DNA of 59,792 nt, filler included, from Jimgerdemannia flammicorona (taxonomy: Eukaryota), in NCBI GenBank assembly GCA_003990765.1. It is 3 parts of 3 records of this genome, joined end to end, with 100 filler letters (N's around TTAATTAATTAA, not from the genome) between each part and the next. Parts side by side here need not be neighbours in the genome. Positions count along the whole stretch, not along the records: positions 19,966 to 39,829 come from RBNJ01001826.1; 2 more parts are not named here. The stretch is one strand, 5' to 3'. The notes under the pieces were generated by a model that had not been told where the DNA came from, made no database searches, and saw only the letters and a program-made list of their open reading frames with translations. This document shows positions 24,363 to 37,459 of the stretch, in pieces; the stretch's first letter is position 1; every line of letters starts with the position of its first letter. The translations under genes and the position numbers were made by a program.

Positions 24363-25965
24363 ATGTACAAGTAAGAATAATTTAGCAATAAGAACCACAA
24401 GCTGCTGGATCTAGTAAAACTCTTACTATATTATCAAGACCAAGGAAGATAATCAAAGAAACCCTTGAACTTAATATTGGTGACCCCAGTACTATTATAG
24501 AACTACTACCAAGGACATCAAGCCTATTTAAGATCACAATAGATCCAACAATCATTTCATCAAAACTGCTAGTCTATAGGCTCACCCATCTTAGCAATAT
24601 TATAAAAAAATCAGCTCTAAACTATAACCAATACTCTATAACAATAGAGAGAGAAGAACCTCAACTATCTACCAAATAGACAACAGAAATAGCAGAATGA
24701 CATCAGTAGATAATAAGATAGTAGTATTGGCTGACCAAGTAGCCATACTCACTCAAGCTCTTTATCTCAGTATCAAAATAAATAAGCCCACAAAAGGCTT
24801 CTGCCTCACTCTATTTAAAGGCAAAGTAGACTAAGTAATAATATTTATAGATTAAGTCAATATCAACTATTGTATCAATAGTTAGAATAATAACCAAAGC
24901 CCAGATAATATTCTTGAAAACAATATGTACTATGAGATTGAAGGTCTCTATATAACTGTAAGCTCACAGATAGAAAAAGTCACTATATATTTTATAGAAA
25001 TAGCTGCTCAATAGTGACACAATCTACTAGTATATTATCTCACTTGAGAAATCTATATCAAAATTCTTGCAAGTGATGAAGATGACAATCACTCTAACTA
25101 TAAAGCCTATCTAGCTACTATGGAGCTAAAAGAGTTATTCATTCAGCAGTTTCATAGCTCTGTCTACATTACTGAAGCCAGAACCAAGCTCAAGAACCTA
25201 TGATTCTATAATAATAGAAAAGAGAACTTTAAAGCATTTTCTACAAGACTTAAAACTCTCCTGAATACTATAGAAGTAGAATACAGCTACCAAGAATAGA
25301 CAGTAAATGAAATCTGAGCTGTCTATTTCTTCAATGCCATCTCAGGATGAGTTATCAGAAAAATCTGTGAACAAGAACAACCTTATGATTATTCACATAA
25401 GCAATAGTATCTAGAATAAGCTATTATCTAAGTATATATTATCTTCATAGTCCAAAGACCAAGATTCAATAGAAATAACAATAGAGATAAATGATATCAA
25501 TTTGAGGAAAAGTATAAACTCTGAAATGAATCTACAAGATCACAAAGAGGATTTAAGAAACTGTCTGATAAGGAAATAAAAGAACTTATGAAGAAGATAG
25601 TATATTTTCATTGTAAAAAAAGAGGACACATATCTTGTGAATACTCTGACAAGAAGACCAATATTAATAAAGAACTATCCTCTTCATATACCATTACTAT
25701 GATAGGAGATAATCTTAAAGAAATCCTTAAGAAAATCAAGATCAAAATATTTCATATTATTATAAAGATCTCAGATAAGATACATGAATCTGATACTGAC
25801 TATAACCTCTACTCAAGTATGGAAGTAACCATCAAACTAGATAAGTAAGCAATCATTAGTACAGATATTAGAATGGAGGTCCCAAAAGGAACCTATATCT
25901 ACCTTATAGAAAAGAGTAGTCTAGTCAAGGAAAAAAGACTCTATATAGCCAGAAGAGTTATAAAA
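24363..25965 (+). mobile_element. Degraded LTR-retrotransposon lineage E: gag with CCHC followed directly by a dUTPase N-terminus
   Basis: (C/Y)FHCKKRGHISCE(C/Y) at ~25601, then KIKIFH...DYNLYS...IISTDIRMEVPKGTY...EKSSL; truncated by a LINE fragment. Confidence 0.7.
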
Positions 25966-26560
25966 ATATCATATTGAACTTTTAGTCAGAATACTTGATA
26001 GAAGGTGAGAGTTTTGAGTACAAGAATTGTTATAATATAAAATAGGAGAGAGAGATTGTACAGATATCTAAATATTGACTGAATGAGTGTGAGATACTTG
26101 GAGATTATCTAGAGACAGTGTAGTAAGATAATAGAGAGAGAGAAAGATGAGATAACTTGAAAGAACAGTTGATAGAGTATATTAGTAATGAGTAGCTCAC
26201 TGTTAGATAGACACTAGTAGTATAGATAGAGTTAGCTAGATACTGGCTATATATATTCAAGAATGAGAGACAGATGGTCTTGGAAAAAAAAATAGTAAGG
26301 TAAAAAAGATTGATAGTAGATATTCTATCAGGCTGGTGAAAAGGGTGGGGCCCTCAGAGAGATCACTATTACTGCCTGGTAAAAGAGATATATGAGAGGA
26401 GTAGTAGATAGATTGAAATAGTTAATAATATAGTTATTTTTAAAATAGTGAGAATAAGAGAGAGAGAATAAAGTAGGATAGAGTAGATTGGGTTAGAGCT
26501 ATCAGTATGGTATGAGAACTATGTATTTGTTATAAATTAGTTAATAAAGGGATCTAGTGC

Positions 26561-26591
<31 letters not shown>
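25966..26591 (+). mobile_element. 5'-truncated LINE 3' end with poly(A)
   Basis: Purine-rich degraded ORF2-like sequence, AATAAA near 26543, A-tail 26565-26591. Confidence 0.5.
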
Positions 26592-27245
26592 TTACAGATA
26601 CTTAAAAACTATATTTCTAATAAGATATATAATTAGGACTACTATCTGATATATGTAGAATTTATATACAATAATGCTGTCCAATCATCTACTAGTCTTT
26701 CTCTTTCTGGCTACTTTATGATCTCAAGACCTCTATAAGTCTAGTCTCTTTTCAGAAAAATAGTTAAATATAAGTCTCTACTACTAAGAATCTCATAGAT
26801 AAGATAGATAAACTATTCAAAATTACAATACTAAACTTACAGAAAGCTCAATAATACTAAGCCAAATATACTGATAAGAAATACTATGATTAGTACTCTT
26901 AATAAATTGAATTAAATTGAATTTAACTCAAATTTAATTTGATTTAACTTTATTTGAATTAAAAAATCTCCAATTTGATTTGATTTGAATTGATTCAATT
27001 TATTTGAGAACACTAGTTATAGCTTATTTTTATATCTTTTTTCTATTTATTTTTTATCATTTTTTTAAATATTCTATAATATTTTAGTATTTATTAATTA
27101 CTTAATACTAAAACTTTACTATAATATTTTTATTTTAGCTAGTTTGTTAGTATTTCTTAGTTATAGTCTATTTTTATGTCTTTTTCTCTAGTCTTTTCTT
27201 ATCTTTTCTTAAATATTCTATAATGTTTTAGTATCTTCTAAATAC
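26592..27245 (+). mobile_element. Integrase-core remnant and D-related LTR remnant, interrupted by a MITE
   Basis: DYYLIYVEFIYNNAVQSSTSLS(P)F-like integrase text; TAGTCTTTTCTTATCTTTTCTTAAATATTCTA closely matches the reverse complement of LTR D. Confidence 0.55.
26891..27015. mobile_element. Short hAT-type MITE
   Basis: TAGTACTC...GAACACTA termini; flanking 8-mers ACTATGAT/GTTATAGC differ only by transitions. Confidence 0.6.
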
Positions 27246-30200
27246 TATAATAGTGACTCCAGAATGATGACATTAGTACAGAAGACAGCCTTTCCTTGCA
27301 AGCTACCAGATCAGAGCACAAGAAGATCATATGGTATACAAGATGAGCAATGATGACCAACTATGAGTTATTTGTGACCACAGTATGAGTATCTTGAGGA
27401 ATATAAAAGAAGGATCAAGGAATCGCAGTAGCAGCAACCAACAAGACCCATCAATCCCAAAATAGCTCAAAGACTTATTATAAACAAAATGTCTACTGCC
27501 TACTAAACCTCAAGATCAAGGAACCACCAAGATACCTCAGTCAAAGAAAGAATGTTCCAAAACATTAGAAGAGCTATGAGGACCTACTCAAGAAGGACTC
27601 CTAGTGTCAACCTGGGTACTGGTGACCCTTATCATTATATCCTCTACTGCTGTGAAATGGAAACAAGAATCACCATTGCCACCGAATGCCTCCAAATATG
27701 GCAGGAGTATGAAATAGAAAACCTCCTCTGCTAGAAGTTCCCACAGGCCAGCACTTAAGAGCTACAAGATACCACTCTCATAGATATGTATATGTGAAAT
27801 AAGGACAACTAAGAAGATCCACCAGATCTTCAGGTATGTACTATGGTCAATCCCCAACTTGGAGTATGTTAGAGTCTCAGATTTCAGAGATCTGTCATCC
27901 TGCTATATTAATGTACTAGAAGTCAGAGTGGCTACAGAAGCCCAGTCTACTATCACCCTCAATAGTGATGAAGTAGAAGACTTCTGGTACCCCATCCTCC
28001 AAGATAACCCAGACCAATTCCTGCAAGGATTGATCTCAGTATTCTAAGGCCCAAGTATCTGAGTTAGACCTCCCCAAGACCCCACATTTGTCCCCTATTT
28101 TGTAGAAGAGAACCTTATAGACTAGAGAGCTCCAGATCTCCTTGTTCCTGCTGCCACCAAACATGATGACATCATCAGTGATGACCTCATCCCACATGAC
28201 TTTGACATATGTGAAATATATGACAAAGTATATGAAGTATGCAAAATGTGTGACCTATATGACGAATTTGTAGACCTCATCTCCTTTGAAGATATCCTGA
28301 CCTCTGATGACAAGAATGAAGCTCTCATAGTCTTGAACATTCTACTCTAAGTCCCTTGTTATACTGGATAATGCCAGTACTGATATTCTGAGGTGATGCA
28401 GAATTGTTCCAGCACGGGTATTTTGATGTAACACTAAATAATACCAGCACTGGTATTCTGATGTGACACTGAATTATACAAGCATCCTGAACCTATACAA
28501 CCATCAATACCGACTCTAGAACTTAGTAGTTTTAGTTATTGGAATTTATATTTAGCTTTATATATTAGCAACCATTGAATTATATTTTATATAAATACCT
28601 CTCTTATTTTCTCTAAAATAAAGTCAGTTCCTCTCAGTACAATATATATACTTCCTTACAAGCAATTTAAAAGATACATAACAAGATAGTTTAAAGATAA
28701 GAAGTTTGAGGACTATAAGACCTTGAGAAGGCACTCCAATAAGAACTTGCTTATAACAAACTTGTAGTTAGTCTAAGAGATATACCTTAAAGAGAATCTG
28801 ATGTATTTAAAGGACTCAATGCCCACTATATGATAATGTATATAATATAGTTCTTCTCAGTGCAATACACACACTTCCTTGCAAGCAATCTAAGAGATAA
28901 CAAGATAGTTAAAGATAAGAAGTTTGAGGACTATAAGACCTTAGGAAGGTACTCCAATAAGAACTTGCTTATAACAAACTTAAGTTAGTCTAAGAGATAT
29001 ACTTTGAAGAGAATCTGGCATATTTGAAGGACTCAGTGACCACTACATGACAACTTGTTGCCCATTGGCTGGTGATTTAAGATGAATCCCTCACTTTCAA
29101 GCTGAAAAATGAACAACCTCCACAATAACTACCCTGACTACAAGAGTCACCCCTGCAAGAATTCAAGATAAGATTAGAAATGTGCCCCCCCATATTCTAT
29201 AGATATACTACTGAAGAGTCAATCCTGACTTTCATTGAAGACTTTGAACAATTCACTACCATACAAGCCCTTGGTGTGGATGCTCAATTGGCCCTTCTAC
29301 CAGTTAGCCTCAGAGGACCTGCTAGAGATAAGTTCAATATAGTCACTATTGCTGATACTGGTGCAGCCAAACTTGCCAACATGAAGGCCTTCCTCAGAAC
29401 AATATATTATACTGAAGAGATCAAGAAAGCTCTCAAGGATCAACTCAATACTATCTGCCAGGGACTTAGTAAAGATCCCAACTCATTCTATATCTGAATC
29501 TGCCACCAGATTATCTTAGCTAGCTATGATAACTGTCTCAAGGAACAAATAGCAGATTCAACTTTCCTCAAAGAAGTTCATCCTGAAATTGCCCTAACAA
29601 TCTGGTCTACCCCAGCTACACTGACCCTTGATCAGAAAGTAGTCTTTACATAGAGATATTAGACTACCAGACACCCTGCTGAACACTCAATGGAGAAAAT
29701 AACTGGCATCAAGATGGAGCCATCAAAGCCAACTAGTATCATATCCACCACAGTTGTAAACAGACAACCAACCCCACCTACCCCCAAGACAGCCAAAGCT
29801 GACCCAGTGGAGGAACTTGTTAAGCAGTTCACTGAGATGACTGCATATCTTGGTAATGTTATTAGAGAAGTCTGAAGTACTAACAGGAGACTAGTGCAGA
29901 GATTTGCAGCCACTACAGAAGAACATAATATCATATACTTCAGATGTAGAGAAGAAGGCCACTATGCAAAGAGTTGTATGACCGAAACAAGATACAAAGC
30001 ACAACTAAGTAATGCTAGCAGAACCAGAGAATAAACCAATGTTGTAGTCATCAAGGAGATTGGTGACACTGATGATAAAGAATACTATGAGGAGCTTGAA
30101 TTCTACCCTGCTACTGAAGGTATCAGAACCCAGTCCAAGCCCTATGACAAAAAGAGCAACAGCAAGCCAGTTGGAAGACCAAAGAAGATCCCAGCTGTTA

Positions 30201-32730
30201 TTATTCAAAGTAAGACCCAACCCAAGGAGATTGATCAAGACATGGAGTTAGATAAAGCTGCCTGCCAAATCATTGAAGGTACTACTCTAGTCTCAGGAGA
30301 AAGTGAAAGCAAGAAGGAACAGAAGCTACACAAGACTAAGATCCACTAGTATGATATTTACAAGGACCTCAAGAAACAGAAGATCAATACTACTTTTGGA
30401 TAACTAGCTGAAGTTCTTACCTTCAGACAACAGTTGAGAGTAGGACTTACAACTACTGCCAAGAATCAAGAGTACAAGATTGTAGAAGCTCACAATATAC
30501 AGGAAGAATCCAAGAACTCAGGTGAAGAATCCAAAGACCAGCATAAGATATCAGCCTATACCCCATGTCAGATTGAAGACTATATCTTTGATGCCATCAT
30601 TGATACTGGTGCTGGAGAATGCCTCATGAGCAAGAAGGCAATTGACTGCCTAGGCTGGGACATTGAAGAGTCCACCAAGATGGTCTATATTATAGCAGAT
30701 AGTACACAAGTTACTCCTCTTAGCAAAATCCAAGAAGTCTCCATCAAGATTGGAGGAGCTACCATTCTAGTAAATATGATTGTCACAAGTGCCACCAACT
30801 ATGACATCCTTATTGGCAATCAATGGCTTCACAAGGCTAAGGCCATCATTGACCTCAATTCTCAGAAGATACAGATCAACTATAGAAGAAGAAAGGTATG
30901 AGTCTCTATCAATGTCCACAAAGGAGTCCTACCAGACATAGAGAAAGGAGATGAAGAGGATACAGAGGTCTTCATATACTCAGTAAACAAGAACAAGAAC
31001 AAGACACCCAAGCTTACAGATGAGCAGTAGTACAATAAGATCATTGATGGCTATGTCTCTCAAGGAAGATGCCCCCATAGTACTAGGATGTACTGCTCTG
31101 AACACCTGAATGACTGCTGGTCCTGTATCAGTGAAGTCAGGAAAATCTGTCAACAGAAACATAAGCAAGAAGCTACTGAAGTAAAAAAGAAAACCAAAGA
31201 AGATGACCAGCCCCCAGAGCTTAAAGCTAATAGTGATGATGAGGAGGAATAAGAATCAGACATCACCCTCAAGGTCAAGAAGTTTCACCCCAAAGCCAAG
31301 ATCCCAGAATATAAGACTGAAGGAGCCATAGGAATAGACCTTTCCAGTATTCAAGATGCTACCCTTAAACCACAGACCACTATCCTACTTGGTACTGGAA
31401 TTGGAGTCAAGTTACCAGAGAACCATGCTGGAATTATCAAGACCAGGAGCAGTCTGGCCAAAAGTGAAATCTCAGTTAAAGGAGGAGTAATTGACCCTGA
31501 TTACACTGGTGAAATCTTCCTCATAGTCAGGAATCACAACCCCACCACCCCATTTGAAGTCAAGAAGCATGACAGGATTGGCCAGATGCTGATCCACAAA
31601 GTCAAGAAGCCCAAGATCATTGAAGCCATCGAACTCATCAAGACCAAGAGAGGAGAACAAGGCTTTGGATCTACTGGAAAAGAAGCCTATGCTGCTCCAA
31701 GATTACTGAACTTGAGCACAAGAAAGATAAGGACCAGAACAAGCACACATATACCATTGGAGAAAACTTTTCTCTGGAGGAACAACTTCTCAAGATCCTG
31801 TACAAGAATGCAGAAGTATTTGCTACAGACTTTAGAGATATCCACAATCAAGAACCCAAGTACTACTATGAAGTTGATACTGATGATACTAAGCCCATCT
31901 ACCAGAAAGCCAGACCAATACCACCTGCCTACAGAGAGTGGCTGCAAGCAGAACTCAAGGAAATAGAAGAAGCTGGAATCATCAAGCAAGCTATCAGTCT
32001 CTGGGTCTCACCCATTATCCTTGCTCTGAAGAAAGGAAGCAAACCTGGAGAGTTTGTACTAAGACTCTACATTGACTACAGGAAGCTCAATACCATCACC
32101 AAGAAGGATAAGCAGCCCTTGCCAAATATTTAAGAAATCTTTACCATTCTTGGAAGTAAAGCCAAATACTACACCACCTTAGATCTGTTCTCAGGCTTCT
32201 ATCAGATTGGTCTCACTCAAAATACCAGTGAGAAATCAGTCTTCATCACACCTAATGCCACCTATATCTACCTGCGAATACCATTTGGAATGTGCAATGC
32301 TCTAGCAAGTTTCCAGCAAATAATGAACAGAGTCTTCAGCAATGAGATTGGAAAATGACTCTTTATCTATATTGATGATGTGATCATCTTAAGCAATACT
32401 GCATGGGAATATGTCAATCACATACAGCTAGCTCTCAAGAAGCTCAAGGAGCATGGCCTCTACATCAAACCCAAGAAATGCAAGTTTACAGCTCAGGAAA
32501 TTGCCTATCTAGGACACCTCAACAACTAGACTGGAATCCACACAGACCCTATGAAGATTGAGACTGTTGCAGTCTACCTGAGACCCAGAACAACTATAGA
32601 AGTCCATGCCTTCCTTGGACTGGCCAGCTACTATAGAAGATTTATTAAAGGATATTCTAATATTATAGCATCTATCTATGAGCTACTGAAGAAGGAAACC
32701 AAATTCGAATAGACCAAGGAGTACCAAGAA

Positions 32731-33926
32731 GGACAGCTCCTTTCTTCGCTACCTTACTAGTTACAAGGTTTGGTAGGTGATCTTCCGAGTCCCCTTTCCC
32801 CTATTATTACCCCCTCTACCTCAGGTTGGTTTGCTGTGCCTGCAGGGGCATGGTGGGAGGAGGGCAATGGTGATGAGTTGCCCCTTTATTGGTGTTAGAT
32901 CAGTACTTCCTCCACTTTTTCGCAGATTCTGGTGCCTTCGGCTATGTCTGGGGTATACCCATTTTGGTGTGGCACCTTCTTCCTTTTGCTGTTGCCAACA
33001 AGGTGTTGTCTCAGTGTATCTCAGGCTATGTAGGGAGTTGGTCGATCTTGGGCATTAAGTGCTCAGTATAGGTTATCTGCAGGTCCTCAGTGCCTGTGGT
33101 GGGGCCCTCTGGCTTTGGTGAGCTTTCCGGCGAGCGCAGTTCTGGCATAGGTAACTGCTTTTTGGGTGTTGTCGGGATGGGAGGGGAGATGGCCGTCACA
33201 GATAGGAGGAAGGGTGATAATGGTGAACCAGTAGGGTGTCAGGCTGGGGACAGTCATCGAGGCTAGGGCAGATACTGCTTCAGTGGGGCCTTTTGATTGG
33301 TGCGGTGCAGTTAGGTGGTAGGTGTCACTATCGGCTTCTTTTGGCAGTCAGTGGGGTTGGGCCCCAGTCGTCAGGGGGGGTCAGGAGGCCCAAGGCTACC
33401 CATTTCAGGCATCTTGGCTACACTCAACTGGAACCGGGAGCTGACACAGCAATGTGATCGAGGCCCACAGGCTTGAGTAGTGGGGTATTGGGGGTTTCCT
33501 CCTGCCTTATGTATAAGTTCTTTACTTACCTCAACTGGGAGAACCAGGCCCTACCCACCATGTTGTGCTTTGATGAGAGTTTTTTCTTTGTCTGTCATTC
33601 TCTTTAGAGTGGTAGGGGCTATTCTATTCGACTCGGGCATGGTCTTGTACATATGTTGGGTTCTCGGGCATGTGCTTTCGGTCATTGACATATGGTTGGG
33701 TTTCCCCTGGTGGTTAGGGAGAGCATGTTGTGCAGAATGAGGTGTGGGCCTTTTTGGCCCTGCTGCGCCTGGCATAGTCGAGCTGCTGGACAATAGCTAG
33801 CCTAGGTTAATGGGGTGGCAGTGCTTAGTGGGTGGTGGGGGAGGGTTTTGGCCTATATAGTCTAGGTTCTCTTCTAATAAAAATCCGCAGGACATGAGTC
33901 TGTTAAAAAAAAAAAAAAAAAAAAAA
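32731..33926 (+). mobile_element. ~1.2-kb non-autonomous poly(A) retroposon, copy 1
   Basis: TSD GGAGTACCAAGAA/GAAGTACCAAGAA; AATAAA 33876-81; A-tail from 33905; splits lineage A pol. Confidence 0.93.
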
Positions 33927-34376
33927 GAAGTACCAAGAAACCTTCAATGAACTCAAGATCAGGTTGACCTAAGCACCTATCCTCAGAAGACCAGACTGGA
34001 ACCTAGAATTCATCCTGTAGACAGATGTGAGTACTATAGGACTTAGAGCAGGTCTAGCTCAGAAGAAAGATGGACATGAATATATCATCTCCTATACAAG
34101 CTGAGGTACCTATGGAGCAGAACAGAACTATAAGTCATATAAGCTTAAATGCTTAGCAGTAGTTTGGACAGTAGACAAGTTCCACTACTACCTAGCTGGG
34201 AAATACTTCATTATTCAAATAGACTATTCCACTCTTGCCTGACTATTCCACACTCTGAACCCTAAAGGAATATATACCAGATAGATCTACAGACTGCAAG
34301 AGTATGACTGCACTATCAAGCACTGCTCAGAAAAGACCAACACCAATACTGATGTACTCTCAAGGACACCCTGAAA

Positions 34377-34557
34377 TTAAAATTTGCTGGAGGAGCAGGG
34401 GGAGGTTGAGGATAGTGGGCAGGAGAGTGGTATTTGTACAGGAGAGTTTGGGGGGAGACCCTCCTGTGGAGATTGGGTAGTGTAGAGGGTCTATGTAATT
34501 ATCAATAGAATAGTAATAAATGGAGGAGTCCATGTGACTATAAAAAAAAAAAAAAAA
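34377..34557 (+). mobile_element. Short 5'-truncated LINE 3' end
   Basis: A-tail; TSD AAGGACACCCTGAAA/AAGAATATCTCAAAA (transition differences only); absent from the homologous position in copy 1. Confidence 0.8.
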
Positions 34558-34654
34558 GAATATCTCAAAACACCCCCATCAAGACTATTCAATATGAATA
34601 AGAAGCTATATTATGGATTAATCAGCTACCTTGGACAGTGGAAGATGCCCAACC

Positions 34655-35818
34655 CAGGTCCTTTCTCCACTATCTTACTGGTCACAAGGTTTGGTAGGCA
34701 ACCTTCCAAGTCCCCTTTCCCCTATTATTATCCTCTCTACCTTGGGTTAGTTTGCTGTACCTGCAGAGGCATGGTAGGAGGAGGGCAATGGTGTTGAGTT
34801 ACCCCTTTATTGGTGTCAGATTGGTGCTTTCTCCACTTTTTCATGGATTCTGGTGCCTTCGGCTGCATCTGGAGTGTACCTGTTTTGGTGTGGCACCTTC
34901 TTCCTTTTGCCATCACCAATAAGGTGTTGTCTCAGTATATCTCAGGCTATGTAGGGAGTCGGCCGACCTTGGGTGTCAAGTGCTCAGTGTAGGTTACCTG
35001 CAGGTCCTCGGTACCTGTGGTGGGGCCCTCTGGCTTTGGTGAGCTTCCTGGCGAGTGCAGTTCTGGTGTAGGGGACTGTTTTTCAGATGTTATTGGGATG
35101 GGAGGGGAGATGGCTGTCACAGATAGGAGGAAGGGTGATTATGGTGAACTAGTAGGGTACCAGGCTAGGGGCAGTCATCAGGGCTGGGGCAGGTGCTGCT
35201 TTGGTGGGGCCTTTTGATTGGTGTGGCACAGTTAGGTGGTAGGTGTCACTAACAGCTTCTTTTGGCGGTCAGCAGGGTTGGGCCCCAGTCATTAGGGGGG
35301 GTCGGGAGGCCCAAGGCTACCCATTTCAGGTGTCTTGGCTACACTCAACTGGAACTGGGAGCTGACATGGCAACGTGATCAAGGCCCACAGGCTTGAGTA
35401 GTGGGGTATTGGGGGTTTCCTCCCACCTCATGTATAAGTCCTTTACTCACCTCATCTGAGAGAATCAGGCCCTACCCACTATGTTGTACTTTGATGAGGA
35501 TTTTTTTTTTGTCTGTCATTCTCTTTAGAGTAGTAGGGGCTATTCTATTCAACTTGAGTGTGGCCTTGTACATATGTTGGGTTCTCGGGCATGCGCTTTC
35601 AGTCATCAGCATATGGTTGGATTTCCCCTAGTGGTAGAGAGAGCATGGTGTGCAGAGTGAGGTGTGGGCCTTTTTGGCCCTGCTGCACCTAGTATAGTCG
35701 AGCTGCTGGACAATAGCTAGCCTAAGTTAATGGAGTGGCAGTGCTTGGTGGGTGGTGGGGGAGGGTTTTGGCCTATAGTCTAGGTTCCCTTCCAATAAAA
35801 ATCCATGAGACATGAGTC

Positions 35819-35875
<57 letters not shown>
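34655..35875 (+). mobile_element. ~1.2-kb retroposon, copy 2 (no TSD)
   Basis: Colinear with copy 1; ~53-nt A-tail; left flank is lineage A pol, right flank is the lineage B PPT. Confidence 0.92.
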
Positions 35876-35878
<3 letters not shown>

Positions 35879-35904
35879 ACAGACTACTCTTCAGTGGGGG
35901 CTGA

Positions 35905-37279
35905 TGTGACAAATCAAAATATACCACCCAAATTATATCTTAACCAGATGACGCAAACAACTAGGTAAGATGATGTAAATACACAGCATAGTAACCAGCA
36001 ACCATTGCTGTGGAAAACTGTATAAATAGCCAGACATACTAGAAAGGATCTGTTTATCTGGACAGACTCTATACACCATATAGACTCTAAACACCTGCTA
36101 TAAGTAGTAGATCTATAGTTAGCCACATAGTAACCAAATAGCAACTACAATATATAAATTACCCCAGAGATAAGAGTGAATAAATCTTAGTCCAAAAAGT
36201 CCAAAATTCAAAGCAAAAGACAAGTCTGCCTATCATACTTCGAGAGGAACTCTATAGCCACTGCTAGGAGATTGTGAGCTTATTTCCCCTTTCCACTCCA
36301 GTCCACTTTCTGATACAAAGAACAAGTGCATTTTTGGTTCACTTGACAGATAAGCCTGAAGATTTGCCACCTAAGTTCAAGGAGAACTTCACCACTTTTG
36401 AGTAATCTGCCACTTAAGGAATAAGCTACTGTTTCTAAGTTATTCTCTGCCTTTTCAAGAAAGCCACCTTACTCAAGCCAGTTTCTGATGCAACTTCGCA
36501 GTGGAGCCAGTCTATGATGTAACTCCATACTAATGAAGTCAGTCTTTAATATAACTTTACCAAGAGACCCTTTCTCAAAGAATGCTGCCAGTTGTTCATA
36601 TTCCCAGAAGAGTCCGATCCAGAAGAACCTGCACCATCCAAGTTAATTCCCAGTTAAAGCTGCCATTTTCGAGAAGCCCACCGATTCAGGAGAATCTGTA
36701 TCATCTACTGTTTTCAAGTTATCTATATTCTCAGAAGACCCATGCTATCTGAGTAGTATTCCCAGTTGAAGCTGAACCTGCAACATCCAAGTTATTCATT
36801 GTCCCCAGTGAACCCATTACAGAAGAATCCATGCCATACAATTCCCAGTGAGTCAAATTGAGTTATCTACTAAATTATCAGAATGTCTGCATAAGGAACC
36901 CACCATGCTATATAGAGATTATCACATAGAGATCATCATGCTACACAGAGATCATCGTACCAAGACCATCATCCAGAAATCACACACTTTTGGAAACTGC
37001 TCATGCTACACACAAATTTCACCATTCTCAGTTGATCAAAGAAGAAAACCCATTCACATATACACAAATCACTGCTACACCCAGAGAACCATCCCAATTA
37101 GGAAATCAACACACAAATCTTTTGCAGATATCCAGCTTTGACTATTATACCACTAAACACCAAGGACCTTAGGAATCTTAGAACATTTTATTGTTTTTTG
37201 ACAAAGTAACTGGGGGCTCAAGCTAAATTACATCAACCCCCAACCTTGTAATTTGCCTCCATTGAGCTGGCACATTACA
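35905..37279 (+). mobile_element. 3' LTR of gypsy lineage B, second copy
   Basis: GGGACAGACTACTCTTCAGTGGGGGCTGA then TGTGACA...CATTACA; homologous to 908-2189. Confidence 0.88.
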
Positions 37280-37408
37280 ATACCTAAGGCAAGAATATCT
37301 TACAACTCATATCCCCCTCTTTTTACAAAGAAAAGACAAGACAAGAATGTCTGCTACCTGCTACCAAACTGTCCACCATAGCCAATCTCTCTTAAGCCAA
37401 GTTGACCA

Positions 37409-37411
<3 letters not shown>

Positions 37412-37459
<48 letters not shown>

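Larger units (their letters stand above)
27246..34654 (+). mobile_element. Second lineage A copy (LTR with duplicated R-U5, gag, PR, dUTPase 31262-31680, RT, RH; IN and own 3' LTR missing)
   Basis: Colinear with 10035-15765; IIDTGAG, GVIDPDYTGEI, YIDD; two nested poly(A) insertions. Confidence 0.95.

Noticed and set aside
32777..33793. Short ORFs on either strand of the 1.2-kb retroposon
   Set aside because: Boundaries and frames differ among copies; no recognisable domain; expected in GC-rich DNA.
34990..35035. HDV-like ribozyme suggested by CAGG-TCCTCGGT-CCTG in the 1.2-kb retroposon
   Set aside because: I could not find a complementary P1/P2 or a J4/2 strand by eye; an Infernal/RNArobo search would be needed.
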